A stretch of 64,000 nt of DNA, from positions 12,034,002 through 12,098,001 of the forward strand of contig NC_057719.1 of the NCBI RefSeq assembly GCF_004010195.1, given 5' to 3'. Source of the stretch: Chiloscyllium plagiosum (lineage: Eukaryota). Positions 12,145 to 25,062 of the stretch are shown here, in pieces (position 1 is the first letter of the stretch; every line of letters begins with the position of its first letter). The position numbers and the translations under genes were made by a program. The notes beneath the pieces were generated by a model, which ran no database searches, was not told the origin of the DNA, and saw nothing but the letters and a program-made list of their open reading frames with translations.

Positions 12145-12950
12145 TTCAAAGAAGACAAGGCTATTCAAAATGTATCAGTAAATAGATTTAACAATGTCAA
12201 TTCCACACTCAATATTTGCAATGTCCTTAGTAACGTCAGACTGTAAAGGATTGGAAAATGCAGTTTTCTGAATAAACCAGTCCCACACCCCAGTTTAATA
12301 CAGCTCAAAATACTCTCTGCAACATTAAGTTGGATGAATAGAATCTATTGGTTGTTTTCAGTTCAAGCTCATTGCCAAACACACAGCTGACCATCCAAAA
12401 GGGCCAAACAAGTACTAGCCTGAGCAAATCTCAGAAGTGGCAGCAACAACCAGCAAGAAAAGGGAGCCACAGACTCCTGAAAGACACCATACAACACACA
12501 CCAGGCAGCAGATATGGCCAGGAACAAGTGTTGGCTCCAGTAGGTGGCCCACAGCCTGATGAGTAGATTGCCTGGCAGCAATCTCCTCCACTTCCACTTT
12601 CAGAGAGCACACTACAGGAGGCACTGTAAGTCGAATGCTCCTTTTTAAAAACATTTTGAAATGTATTTTATTTTAACAGTTATTTGATTTATCAATGGCA
12701 GAATTTAACGATTTAAAGTATAGAATTTCAACTTAGAAGGTTCACATATAACATGTTCGTTATTTTTCTAATGAAGATCCTACAGAAACTAATTCCAGTT
12801 TTAAGATTTGTTCCTATGGGAATCAATGCCTTACTTAAAGTCGCAATTTTTAAAAAATGTAATGCCAACTTTGTCTGAATGTACATTGCATGGCCTGCTC
12901 CTAATCATATACTTTATGTTAGTAACTTAATTGACATCTATCAAGCTTAC

Positions 12951-13148
12951 CAATGTGCACAGGATGAATCTCAATCTCATCAAAATAATTAAGGAGTGTT
13001 TCGTCTTCTGTATTTTGTTCCCTATACTGGGCAAGATGGCGCATGAACTTGTCTTGTGTATAGTGGGTTCCAACCACAAGGCTCTCTGGCAGGTTTAAAG
13101 CACGATTCTTCAGGAACTCATTGGAAGCTTCCAAAGAAAAGATGTATT
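12951..13148 (-). CDS. AK7: AK7 exon ([30 protein letters not shown]...[15 protein letters not shown])
   Basis: ccacag acceptor, gtaagc donor, 198 nt, phase 1/1. Confidence 0.96.
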
Positions 13149-13799
13149 CTGTGGAGAAAAATTATAGAAACTTGAATTATTGCCATAGAAATGATATGCG
13201 AAAGGTCAGAAGAATGGGAATTTTTAAAATAAGTTACCAAGACAGTTTGAAGGCGGTATGGATAATAATGAGGACAAAGAAATAGTCAGAGGTAGCCTTG
13301 TTGAAATTTAAGACGTCAGGAGGAGAGAGAAGGTAAAGCTATTAGCGTTTAACTGGGTTTCAGAATTTCCACGTATGATAAAATTGAGTAATTGAGGCTT
13401 GCAGAGAAGTCAGAGAAGAAGGGATTGAGGTCTTCAGTGTAAGTGAATTCCACAAGGATGAGGAGTGAGTCATGACAGATTCAACTTTCAATGATGTATA
13501 AATACTGTGGCGTTTTCACCGGTTACCTTTGAGGGTCATCAAATGTCCATTTAGGAGTTAAGATGATGTAATGAAATGCACTATGGGATAGATTATACAG
13601 ATGGAGAGGGTAAGCTTGATAGTCTAAATGACCTTTGCTCCCTTAACTTTATTAATTTGATCAGCAACAGATAAGCGTCTATAACTGAAGATTATAGTTT
13701 CTGTTGGTACTTAAAGGTTGGCAGTAACAAAGAATAAAATATGACAGATATTATTGACATAGCTTTACAAAATCCTAAATGCAATGAATTATTGCTAAC

Positions 13800-13868
13800 C
13801 TGGAGTAATTACTTTGTCATATTGAGGTGATTTATTCAAGGTGGTTTCTTCTTCCTCATCTTCTTCAA
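13800..13868 (-). CDS. AK7: AK7 exon (VEEDEEEETTLNKSPQYDKVITP)
   Basis: gacag acceptor, gttagc donor, 69 nt, phase 1/1 bridging its neighbours; acidic stretch as in AK7. Confidence 0.88.
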
Positions 13869-14034
13869 CTGTCAATAAGACAAGACACATAAGGATTAAT
13901 TTAGACACTGGCGAATGCTAAAAGGCTTAGTAATGTCTGTGCTGCAGAGACACCGAAATACTATTACACACCTCTGGGTTTCTTTTTAACCACCCCAAAT
14001 CATCCATATGACAAAGTAAAAGTAAGAGAGAGGG

Positions 14035-15105
14035 AAGATCCAAGGAGCAGGGGAATCGATGTTTCGGGCAAAAGCACTTCATCAGGAATGAGGCTGTGAG
14101 GTGAGGGGTGGTGGAGAGAGGGAGTGAAGAGATAAATGGGAAGGGTGGGGCTGGGGGAAGGTAGCTGAGAGTGTGATAGATATATGGGAGAGGGGGTTAA
14201 TGATGATAGGTTGGAGAGGATGGTGCAGTGGATAGGTGGGAAGGAAGATGGACTGGAAGGACATGAGGGTGGTGCTGAGTTGGAAGGTTGGATCTCGGAT
14301 AAGGTGGGAGTAGGGGAAGTGAGGAAACTGGTGGAATCCATTTTGATACCATGTGGTTGGAGGGTCCTGAGGCAGAAGATGAGGCGTTCTTCCTCCAGGC
14401 GTCGGGTGGTTAGGGAGTGGCGATGGAGGAGGCCCAGGACCTGCAAGTCCTTGGTGGAGTGGGAGGGGGAGTTGAAGTGTGGGGTTATTTGGTCCTGGAG
14501 ATGTTCTCTGAAGCTTTCTGTTGAAGTAGGCGTCCTGCCTCTCCAATGTAGAGAAGACTGCATCAGGAGCAACAGATACAGTAAATGACATGTGTGGAAA
14601 TGCAGGTAAAACTCTGATGGATGTGGAAGACTCCTTTGGCGCCTTTGATGGAGGTGAGGCAGGGGGAGGTCCGAGTGCAGGTTTTACAATTCCTGCGGTG
14701 GCAGGGAAAGGTGGGTTGGTGCTGGTGAGGGGAGTGGGTTGGACCTGACAAGTCACGAAGTCTTTACGGAAAGTGGATGGGGTATGGTGGGGTCCGGTTG
14801 TAGGTGGTGGAAGTGGCGGAGGATGATGCGATGCAGACAGAGGTTGGTGGAGTGAAAGGTGAGGAGCGGGGTGGGGGGAGGTAGTTCAGTCCTTGTTGCG
14901 GTTGGGAGGGGTATATGGGGTTCGAGGGCGGAGATGTGGGAAGTGGATGAGATGTGCTGGAGGGCATCCTCAACCACTTGAGAGTGGAAACTGCGTCTTT
15001 AAAGAGTTTATGCTCGAAATGTCGATTCTCCTGCTCCTTGGATGTTTTTCCAGGACCAGACCTTTTGACGCTGATCTCCAGCATCTGCAGACCTCACTTT
15101 CTCCT
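14035..15105 (-). mobile_element. Penelope-like element fragment (GIY-YIG region) with inverted pLTR at its 5' end
   Basis: FPCHRRNCKTC, HVIYCICCS, RRLEEERLIFCLRTLQPHGI peptides; inverted pLTR 15001-15105. Confidence 0.85.
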
Positions 15106-15169
15106 GAGTGCACTGCTGAACTGCTTTGTGGGAGCTCTGCAGTGTTCTCAGAACAATCTTCGAGTAATA

Positions 15170-15500
15170 CAGTCATTGAGTCATATAGCGTGGACCCTTG
15201 GTTGTCCATGCCAACCATGTTCCCAAATCAAACTAATTCCACTTGCCTGCATTTGACCCATAGCTGTCCAAAGCTTTCTTATTTGTATACTTTATCCAAT
15301 TGTTTTTAAATATTGTAACTGTACCTGCATCCATCACTTCTTCTGGCAGTTCATTCGACATACAAAGCACTGTCTGTGTAAAAAGGTTGCCCCTCATATC
15401 CTTTTTAAATCTTTCTCCTCTCACTTAAAAAAAAGCCCCCTAGTTTTGAACTGCCACTCGAGAGAAAAGATACTTGCTAGTCACCTTATTAATTTTCAAG
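15170..15500 (-). mobile_element. CR1-type LINE 3' fragment
   Basis: RGERFKKDMRGNLFTQ peptide, CR1 3' tail. Confidence 0.8.
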
Positions 15501-16086
15501 ATTCATGGTGGTTAACCTCATAATGATGAGGCACATTCTCAAACATCATACTATGTGACAATTAGCAGTGGAGGAGGTGAGTGTGGAGACAACTACAACT
15601 ATTCTGGATAAGTCATTTCTGATTGACTTATCTGGCCGAGAAAGCAGTAAATGCAACACCAATTCCTCGGTTCTTGACATTTCCACGGTTCACTTTCACT
15701 GCATTACTGACAATCACAATGGCTATAATGCAAAAATCAAAATCGTCATCAAATAAATATTCCAAGTCAAATTAAGCATGTCATTTGCACCAACTAATCA
15801 TCCATGCTTTCCTTCAGGGCCTGTGTTCTTTATTCTTTCATGGGATGTGGATGGCACTGGCAAGACCAACATTCCTAATTGCTCTTGAATTGAGTGATTA
15901 ACTTGGCCATTTCCGAAGACAGTCAAAAGCCAATTGCTGTGGGTTCGAGTCACATGTAGGCCAGAATGAGTAAAATGGGCAGATTTCCAACTCTAAAAGG
16001 GATTAGTGAACTCGTCTTTTTAAAAACAGTAATCAATGATGTTTGATATAGTCACCATCCAAAGACTAGCTTTATATTCCAAAACA

Positions 16087-16382
16087 ATTCAGACTTTGAT
16101 GTATTTTGTTTATAAATTAACCAACTTCCAAATGGAAAAGGGGATAGATGTATGCATTTACACAAACAAACAAAGTCTTAGCCCACAGATCCCATTGCAG
16201 AAATGTCTTTTAAAGGGTTGGGTTAGTGGAAATGACGACCATTTAACCCAACCCTTTAAAAGACATTTCTGCAATGGGATCTGTGGGCTAAGACTTTGTA
16301 TGTTTGTGTAAATGCATACATCTATCCCCTTTTCCATTTGGAAGTTGGTTAATTTATAAACAAAAAACATCAAAGTCTGAAT
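16087..16382. repeat. Near-perfect inverted repeat, 139-bp arms, 18-bp spacer
   Basis: Arms 16087-16225 and 16244-16382; two mismatches seen by eye. Confidence 0.95.
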
Positions 16383-17054
16383 CTTAAACAGGATAAAGGT
16401 AGTTTATGCAAAATTACTGTTATAGTTATTCAAGTAAAATTCATAGTTTTACTCATGATATACACATACAAATTTTAAAAGTAGGCAAGGATAAAAGATG
16501 TTCATAAAGATGAAAGTAAGATCAGTCTCTATGATTATGGCAATAAATTTGGGTGATGTGGTTGTATTGGTTGAATAATTAATAGTATATACAAGTTGTG
16601 AAATGTGGGTGTGAGATTTTCAGCAGTTCAAAGCATGTCACAGAACATAGAACACAAAAAGTCATTCAGCACCTCATGAGAGGTATGAGTCTTAACAAGG
16701 ATTGTTGGTATGTGTATGGTGGGAGTGGGTCCATTGTGTCTGAAGCTACAGTTGGTAGGATGTGGTATTTGAGGATGCATTCACTCACTCCTCATTGTAT
16801 TTCTTGTCACACTACATTGAGGTCCTCAGAGGGTGATACCTGGCATTGGTTACTGGGGTTAGCTGGTCCCAATAACTTAGCAAAGTTCACCTGGAAAGCC
16901 TGCTTAACCTTTGTGGATTGATGACATCACTTCTTCCCTCTACTTCCTATACCACAGCCTCCAGTGTAGCTTCAGAAGAACATGGAGCCTGTTCTCTGCT
17001 AATTGCATGTCGCATGCTGTTCAGGGCTGTGCCTCATCATGATGAGATTATAGA

Positions 17055-17960
17055 GGCATAGAGTCATAGAGATGTACAGCATGGAAACAGACCCTTCGGT
17101 CCAACCCGTCCATGCCGACCAGATATCCCAACCCAATTTAGTCCCACCTGCCAGCACCCGGCCCATATCCCTCCAAACCCTTCCTATTCATATGTCCATC
17201 CAAATGCCTCTTAAATATTGAAATTGTACCAGCCTCCACCACATCCTCTGGCAGCTCATTCCATGCATGTCCAACCTTTGCATCTCTAAGTTGCCCCCTA
17301 GGTCTCTTTTATATCTTTCCCCTCTCACCCTAAACCTATGCTCTCTTGTTCTGAACTCCCCGATCCCAGGGAAAATACTTTTTCTATTTATCCCATCCAT
17401 GCCCCTCATAATTTTGTAAGGTCACCACTTAACCTCCGATGGTCATGGGAAAACAGCCCCAGCCTGCTTAGCCTCTCCCTGTAGCTCAGATCCTCCAACT
17501 CTGGCAACATCCTTCTAAATCTTTTCTGAACCCTTTCAAGTTTCACAACATGTTTCCAAACAAGTTCTGGGCTGAATTAAACTGCTCAGTTAGAGACCCA
17601 ACAGTGGCCTAGCCAATGTCCTGTACAGCCGCAACATGCCCTCCCAACTCCTGTACTCAATACTCTGACCAATAAAGGAAAGCATACCAAACGCCTCCTT
17701 CACTATCCTATCTACCTGCGACTCCACTTCAAGGAGCTATGAACCTGCATTCCCAGGCCTCTTTGTTCAACAACACTCCCTAGGACCTTACCATTAAGTG
17801 TATAAGTCCTAAGATTTGCTTTCCCAAAATGCAGCACCTCGCATTTATCTGAATTAAACTCCCTCTGCCACTTCTCAGCCCACTGGCCCATCTTGGTCCA
17901 GATCCTGTTGTAATCTGAGGTAACCCTCTTCGCTGTCCACTACACCTCCACTTTTGGTAT
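17055..17960 (-). mobile_element. CR1-type LINE 3' part
   Basis: Tail catagagtcatagagatgtacagc; RT C-terminal peptides. Confidence 0.9.
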
Positions 17961-19104
17961 GTCATATGATTATTCAGCAGTCACCAAATCAAATTCACTT
18001 TTAGAATTCTTTCAACATCTTGCTTCAGTCAACATGCACTTCTCTTTAAGTGGCTCAAAATGGCTTTAGCTGACTTTATATTGCCACTATCAGAAGCAAC
18101 ATTTGCAGCATAATCTCACTTCAGAATACCCATAACCATTTTCAAAATCGTGGCACAAGTTTCTCTGTTGTTTCTCATTTCTCCGAGTTAATTCTTTGTG
18201 TTTAATCCTTACCATTAGATGGCTTTGTTTTCTAATTATTTGTGTTGGTTTCTCATTCATTCTGTCACTTTTTCTCTCTCCTATTCTCTGTCATAGTCCC
18301 TCATTATCATCCCCTGTCTCTGTGCCTCACACATAATTTTTCCTCAACTATTTCAATATTTTTAAAAACCAAGCCATACAGCAAAATAGTGTGAATGAGG
18401 GTCAGGGTCATTAGCTTCATCTAGAATATGCTGCACTGAACAACAAGATTCACATTGTTATTTTCTAGGGATCTGTTTCTCCTTTGTTTATTTTTCTGCA
18501 ATAGACAGAAATAGAAATAGAAAGAATTAGAAAGTTGGGGAATTGAGAAAGAGAATAGACACTGGGATGAAGGCTGCAAAACGGAAAAGGGGCATATGGA
18601 TGATGTTCATGTCTGTTGCCTCCAAAATTGGCAACTTTTAAACTTCATGCTACTTTTTATTTAGCTTAGCTTATGGAATGTGGGCAACACTGACTAGGCT
18701 AGCATTTATTAAGCATCTTTAATTGCTCTTGAGAAGATGCTATTGAACCACTTTCTTGAGCCACATTGCAGTCCCAATAGTTCAGGTACATCATCAGTAT
18801 TGTTAGGGAGTTTTAAGTTTTGATCCAGCATCAATGAAGGAACACGGAGATAATTCCATGTCAGGGTGGTGTGTGAGTTGAAGGGGAACTCAAAGAGAGT
18901 GATGTTCTCATGTGTCTGCTACTTTTGTCTTTCTAGGTGAGAGATGTCGTAATTTTGAAAGGTGTTGTTAAAGAAGCCTTTATGTGTTACTGCAGTGCTT
19001 CTTATAAATGGTTTACGTGACTGCCATTATGCATTACTGATGGAGGGAGTGTAATTTCTGCAACAGGTTGGGATGCTAATCAAGTGGGGATACTTTGTCC
19101 TGGA

Positions 19105-19273
19105 AGATTAGATTAGATTAGATTAGATTACATTACAGTGTGGAAACAGGCCCTTCGGCCCAACAAGTCCACACTGACCCGCCGAAGCGCAACCCACCCA
19201 TACCCCTACATTTACTCCTTACCTAACACTACGGGCGCGCTGTGAGGCAGTAGTGCTAACCACCGTGCCGCCC
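19105..19273 (-). mobile_element. HE1-type SINE, internally deleted, (gatta)n tail
   Basis: Head gggcggcacggtggttagcactactgcctcacagc joined to the 3' part; tandem tail. Confidence 0.8.
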
Positions 19274-19519
19274 ACTGTAACACTCAAGATGTTGAACATC
19301 TTGAGTGTTACAGAAGTTGCACTGCTCCGGGCAAGTGGCAAATTTTCCATCAACTCACTGAAAAATAGCAATGGAAGGGATATGATTTTGTTTATTAAAC
19401 ATATTAACAAAAAGGTGTTCTCACAGGATATTCCTTAGTTTGCACAACATATAAGTATCTCTGCCTTACTCTAATCAACATCAATACAATCCTTTGGGCT
19501 GAAATGTGAAGTTGCACTG

Positions 19520-21432
19520 TGGAGAGATTGAGTGAATCCTTAGAAGAGTATAAAGATGGTAGGAGTATACTTAAGAGGGAAATCAGGAGGACAAAAATGA
19601 TACATGAGATAACTTTGGCAAATAGGGTTAAGGAGAATCCAAAGAGTTTTTACAAATGCATTAAGGACAAAACGGTAACTAGGGAGCAAATAGGGCCCCT
19701 CAAAGATCAGCAATGCAGCCTTTGTGTGGAGCCACAGGAGATGGGGAGATACTAAACAAGTATTTTGCATCAGTCCCTACTGTGGAGGAGGACATGGGAG
19801 ATATAGACTGTAGGGAAATAGATGATGATATCTTGAAAAATGTCCATATTACAGAGGAGGAAGTGCTGGATGTCTTGAAACGCATAAAGGTGGATAAATC
19901 CCCAGGACCTGATCAGGTGTCCCCGAGAACTCTGTGGGAAGCTAGGGAATTGATTGCCGGGCCCCTTGCTGAGATATTTGTATCATTGATAGTCAAAGGT
20001 GAGGTACCGGAAGACTGGAGGTTGGCAAACATGGTACCACCATTTAAGAAAGGTGGTAAGGTCAAGCCAGGAAATTATAGACCGATGAACCTGATGTCAG
20101 TGATGAGCAAGTTGTTGGATGGAATCCTTAGGGACAGGATTTACATGTATTTGGAAAGGCAAGAATTGATTAGGTATAGTCAAAATGGTTTTGTGTGTGG
20201 GAAATCATGTCCCACCAACTTGATTGGGTTTTTTTGAAGACGTAACCAAGAGGATTGATGAGGGCAGAGTGGTGGACGTGATCTATGTGGACTTTAGTAA
20301 GGCGTTTGACAGGTTCGCAAGGTTAGATCTCATGGAATACATGAAGAACTAGCCATATGGATACAGAACTGGCTCAAAGGTAGAAGGCAGAGGGTGGTGG
20401 TGGACAGTTGCTTTTCAGGCTGGTGGCCTGTGACCAGTGGAGTGCCACAAGGGTCAGTGCTGGGTCCACTACTTTTCGTCAACTAAATGATTTGGATGTA
20501 AACATAGGAGGTATAGGTAGTAAGTTTGCAGATTACACCAAAGTTGGAAGTGTAGTGGCTAACAAAGAAGGTTACCTCACAGTACAACAGGATCTAGATC
20601 AAATGGGCCAATGGCTGAGGTGTGGCAAATGGAATTTAATTTAGATAAATGTGAGATGCTGCATTTTGGGAAAGAAAATCTTAGCAGGTAGATATGATAG
20701 TGAAGAAGGCATTTGGCCCGGAAAGGCCATTTGTCATTCCCATCTTGGAATGGACACCAGCAGTCTGAATTGGTTGGCCAATGAGTGAAGAAGGCATTTG
20801 GTATGCTTTCCTTTATTGGTCAGAGTATTGAGCACAGGAGTTGGGAGGTCATATTGTGACTGTACAGGACATTAGTTAGGCCACTTTTGGAATATTGCGT
20901 GCAATTCTTGTCTCCTTCCTATCAGAAGGATGTTGTGAAACTTGAAAGGGTTCAGAAAAGATTTACAAGGATGTTGCCAAGGTTGGAGGATTTGAGCTAC
21001 AGTGGGAGGCTGTACAGGCTGGGGCTGTTTTCCCTAGAGTGTCGGAGGCTGAGGGGTGATTTCATAGAGGTTTATAAAATCATGAGGGGCATGGATAGGA
21101 TAAACAGATAAGGTCTTTCCCCTGGGATGGGGGAGTCAAGAAGTGGAGGTTATAGGTTTAGGGTGAGAGGGGAAAGATATAAAAGAGATCTAAGGGGCAA
21201 CTTTTTCACACAGAGGGTGGTGTGTGTGTGTGGAATGAGCTGCCAGAGGAAGTGATGAAGGCTGGTACAATTGCAACATTTAAAAGGTATCTGGAAGGGT
21301 ATATGAATAGGATGGGTTTAGAGGGATATGGGCCAAGCGCAGGCAAATGGGACTAGAATAGGTTGGGATATCTGGTTGGCATGGACGAGTTGGACTGAAG
21401 GGTCTGTTTCCGTGCTGTACATCTCTATGACT
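19520..21432 (+). mobile_element. CR1-type LINE, decayed ORF2
   Basis: DKSPGPDQV, PGNYRP, SKFADYTK, YKIMRGMDR; 3' tail. Confidence 0.92.
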
Positions 21433-21481
21433 TTATAACTGCAATTCTATTATGAAATTATTTTAAAGTGCAATAGCTCAC

Positions 21482-21610
21482 CACTGAAAAGTTCCTTGGT
21501 TTGTAAGTATGTCTTAGGATAGCCATCAAGAATAAAACCCTGGTTCTGGCAAGGCATCGATGACAACTTTTCCTTCATAAACTTGATGACAAATCCATCA
21601 TCCAAACGAC
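21482..21610 (-). CDS. AK7: AK7 exon ([43 protein letters not shown])
   Basis: ttgcag acceptor, gtgagc donor, 129 nt; adenylate-kinase GFILDGYPK motif. Confidence 0.96.
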
Positions 21611-22449
21611 CTGCAAAGTTGACAATGAAACAGTCCATCAGTTAGAATGCAGAGGGAAAAGTATCTATCATAAAAAACTAAAGTTGTTAGCAAAGCATAT
21701 CAAATCCTAAGTTGCATGGAGATGTTATGTACAAGGCAGCACATTTATGTTGAACCTTTATAAAGCCTGATTAGGCCAAAACTAATATATAACAAGGGAA
21801 TTCAGTACAGACTTAGTAGAATGATTCGTTGGACAGAATTTAGCTACCAAGTTAGACTGGAGAAGCTGGATTGCTGTTCTTAGAATAAAAGAGTTTCAGA
21901 GAAGATTTGTGGAAAGTGTACTAGATATTGATTGATTTAATTGAATAAAGTAGACAAAGGAAAGCTATTCTCACTGACTGATAATGCTAAGACTAGGCAA
22001 CAGAGGTTTTAGCTTTTGGGTAAGTTTTAGTTAAGGGATACAAGTGGAATTTGAGGAAGAACTTAAGATAGTGGCAGTGATATGGGACTCATTGCCTATA
22101 AAGGTGGCAGCAGCAGAATTTATGTAAAAGTGAAATTGGGTTGACACTTGATAGTAATTCATTTGAAGAGAGAGAGGGATGGAATGGGAAAACAGGATTG
22201 ACTGAATTGTCAGCATAGATTTGATGGGTTGTGTAAGTGTGGTAGACTGACACTTTAAGAGTTTGATTATGTGATGCAATGACATCATCCATTTTGGGTG
22301 AGAGGCAATTTAGTCCAACCTTGCTACCTGCAGAGCGAACGTTTCCTTAATAGCGTTCCTGTTATTCAACATTTCACTCTCCTGGTCCTTTTTGAAATGC
22401 AACAATTTGGTGTTAGTCAATGTTAATGAAATAGAAGGTCAGGAAAGAA

Positions 22450-24795
22450 TCAATGAAAGGAACTATTGATTTGGAGCAGATAGTATGGGAAAGTATTTAA
22501 TTGGGGGAGGGTGTTATTACAAAGCTATTAGGCAGGAACTGGTGCGCCTCGAATAGAAACAGATATTCTCAGGGAAATGCACAACAGAAATGTGGAGGTT
22601 GTTTCGGACCCACCTGCTGATAGTGCTGGACAGATTTGTCCCATTGAGGCAAGGAAGGGATGGTAGGTTGAAAGAACCGTGGATGACAAGGAATGTGGAA
22701 CATCTAGTCAAGAGGATGAAGCAAGTTTAATTAAGGTTGAGGAGGCAAGGATCAGACAGGGCTCTGGAGGGTTACAAGGTAGGCAGGAAGGAACTGAAGT
22801 ATGGACTTAGGAGAATGAGAAGAGGCAATAAAAAAAGCTTTAGCTTTTAGGGTAAAGTTAAGGAAAACTCGAAGGCATTCTACACTTATGTGAAGACCAA
22901 GAGGATGGCCAGCATAAGGGTAGGGCCAAAAAGGGCCTGAAGAAGGGTAGGGCCTGAAGAAGAGCTCATGCCCGAAACGTCGATTCTCCTGCTTGGATGC
23001 TGCCTGACCTGCTGTGCTTTTCCAGCAATATATTTTCAGCTCTGATCTCCAAGATCTGCAGTCCTTACTTTCTCCTTGCGGGTAGGACCAATCAGGGATA
23101 GTGGAGGGAATATGCCTGGAGTTGAAGGATGTTGGGGAGGTCGTTAATGAATACTTTGCTTCAGTATTCACTACTAAGAGGGACCTTGACTTTTTTTAGG
23201 ATAGCATGAAACAGACCAATATGCTTGAATGGATTGATGTTAAGAAGGAGGATGTGCTGAAAATTTTGAAAATCATGAGGACAGATAAATCCCCTGGGCC
23301 AGACGTGTTATTCCCTAGGTTATTACAGGAAGTGAGGGAAGAGATTGCTGCACCTTTGGCAATGATCTTGGCACCCTCACTGTCCACTGGAGTACTGCCA
23401 ATGATTCGGGGTCGGCAAATATTATTCCCTTGTTCAAAAACGGGAATAAGGATAATCCTGGGAATTACAGACCAGTCAGTCTCATTTCTGTTGTGGATAA
23501 AGTACTAGAGAGAATTCTGAGAAAGAGGATTTATGATTAATTGGAAAACCATAGTTTGGTTACAGGTAGTCAACATGGCTTTGTGAGGGGCAAGTCATGC
23601 CTCACAAACCTTGCTGAAACCTTTGAAGATGTGACAAGAAACATTGATGAAAGTAGAACAGTAGATGTGGTGTACATGGATTTTAGCAAGGTGTTTGATA
23701 AGATTCCCCATGGTAGGCTCATTCACAAAGTAAGGAGATATGGGATGCAGGGAAATCTCACTGTCTGGATACAGAAATGGCTGGCCCATAGAAAACAGAA
23801 GGTGGTGGTAGATGGAAAGCATTCAGCCTGGAGTTTGGTGACCAGTGGTGTTCTACAGGGATTGATTCTGGGACCTCTGCCCTTTGTGATTTTCATAAAT
23901 GACTTGGATGAGGAAGTGGAAAGGTGGGTTAGTAAGTTTGCCAATGACACGAAGGTTGGTAGAGTGGTAGATAGTGTGGAGGGCTGTTGTAGGCTGCAAC
24001 TGGTCATTAACAGGATGTAGAACTGGGCAGATGGAGCTCAACCTGGAAAGGTCACTCACTTTGGAAGGTCAAATTTGAATGGCAGAATACAGGGTTAAAG
24101 GCAGGATTCTTGGCAGTGTGGAGAAACAGAGGGATTTTGGGGTCCATGTCCACAGATCTCTCAAAGTTGCTACCCTAGTTGATAGGGTTGTCAAGAAGGC
24201 GTATGGTGTCTTGATTTCTATTGGCAGGGGATTGAATTTAAGAGCTGCGATGTTATGCTGCAGCTCTATGGAGCCCTGGTTAGACCACACTTGGAATATT
24301 GTGTTCAGTTCTGGTCACCTCATTATAGGATGGATGTGGAAGCTCTAGAGAGGGTGCAGAGGAGATTTACCAGGATGCTGCCTCGACTGGAGGACATGTC
24401 TTCTGAACAAAGGTTGAGGGAGCTAGGGTTTTTCTCATTGGAGCAAAGCAGAATGAGAGGTGACTTAATAGAGGTGTACAAGATGATGAGAGGCATAGAT
24501 AGAGTGGATAGCAGAGACTTTTTGCCAATTAGCGGAAATTGCTATCACAAAGAGACATAATTTTAAGGTAATTGGAGGAAGGTTTAGGGGAGATGTCAGA
24601 GGTAGGTTCTTTACTCAGAGAGTGGCGGGTACTGGTAGTAGAGTCAGAGACATTTAAGCAATTCTTGGATAGGCACATGGAAGATAGTACAATGAAGGGT
24701 ATGTAGGTTAATCTGATCTTAAAGTAAGGAGAAAAGATCGGCACAACATTAAGGTCGAAGGGCTTGTACTGTGCTGCATTGTTCTATGATCTACG
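22450..24795 (+). mobile_element. CR1-type LINE (second subfamily), decayed ORF2
   Basis: DKSPGPD, QHGFVRGKSCLTNL, MDFSKVFDK, SKFANDTK; tail gttctatgatctacgttc. Confidence 0.92.
22930..23078 (+). mobile_element. Short hammerhead-bearing PLE unit inserted in CR1
   Basis: ctgaagaagagctcatgcccgaaacgtc at 22954; flanked by gggtagggccaa / gggtaggaccaa. Confidence 0.8.
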
Positions 24796-24935
24796 TTCAG
24801 TGTAATGAGAGGGAGCTAGTCATTTCATCTGCATGCCATATTTGGACATACAACTTAAGGCAACATTTAAAAATTCTGCAACTCTAAGCTCTTTTTATTA
24901 ACAGGTTAAATAAATGCAAAATAAACATCGATTAC

Positions 24936-25062
24936 CCCCATTCTGCTCCATATTGTCTCTGACTTGGTCAAGGAGGTCCTGGGCATCTTTGATACCTGTG
25001 TCATCACCTTCTTCCTCAGCTTCTTCAGCTTCTTCAGTTTCAGGCTGTGTACTTTTTAATTC
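24936..25062 (-). CDS. AK7: AK7 exon (ELKSTQPETEEAEEAEEEGDDTGIKDAQDLLDQVRDNMEQNG)
   Basis: ttttag acceptor, gtaatc donor, 127 nt, phase 0 to 1. Confidence 0.93.

Noticed and set aside
16036..16373. Two near-identical ORFs on opposite strands (16036..16311+ and 16158..16373-)
   Set aside because: Artefact of the DNA palindrome; no protein motif
17551..17600. About 45-bp non-CR1 patch inside a CR1 copy
   Set aside because: No TSD or recognisable source; likely repair filler and too short to interpret
22328..22387. Possible 60-nt cryptic or poison AK7 exon (minus strand; ctaac branch-like motif, cag|gtagca donor, in-frame TGA)
   Set aside because: The acceptor lacks a polypyrimidine tract (aaaaag) and the donor is weak; no support without RNA data
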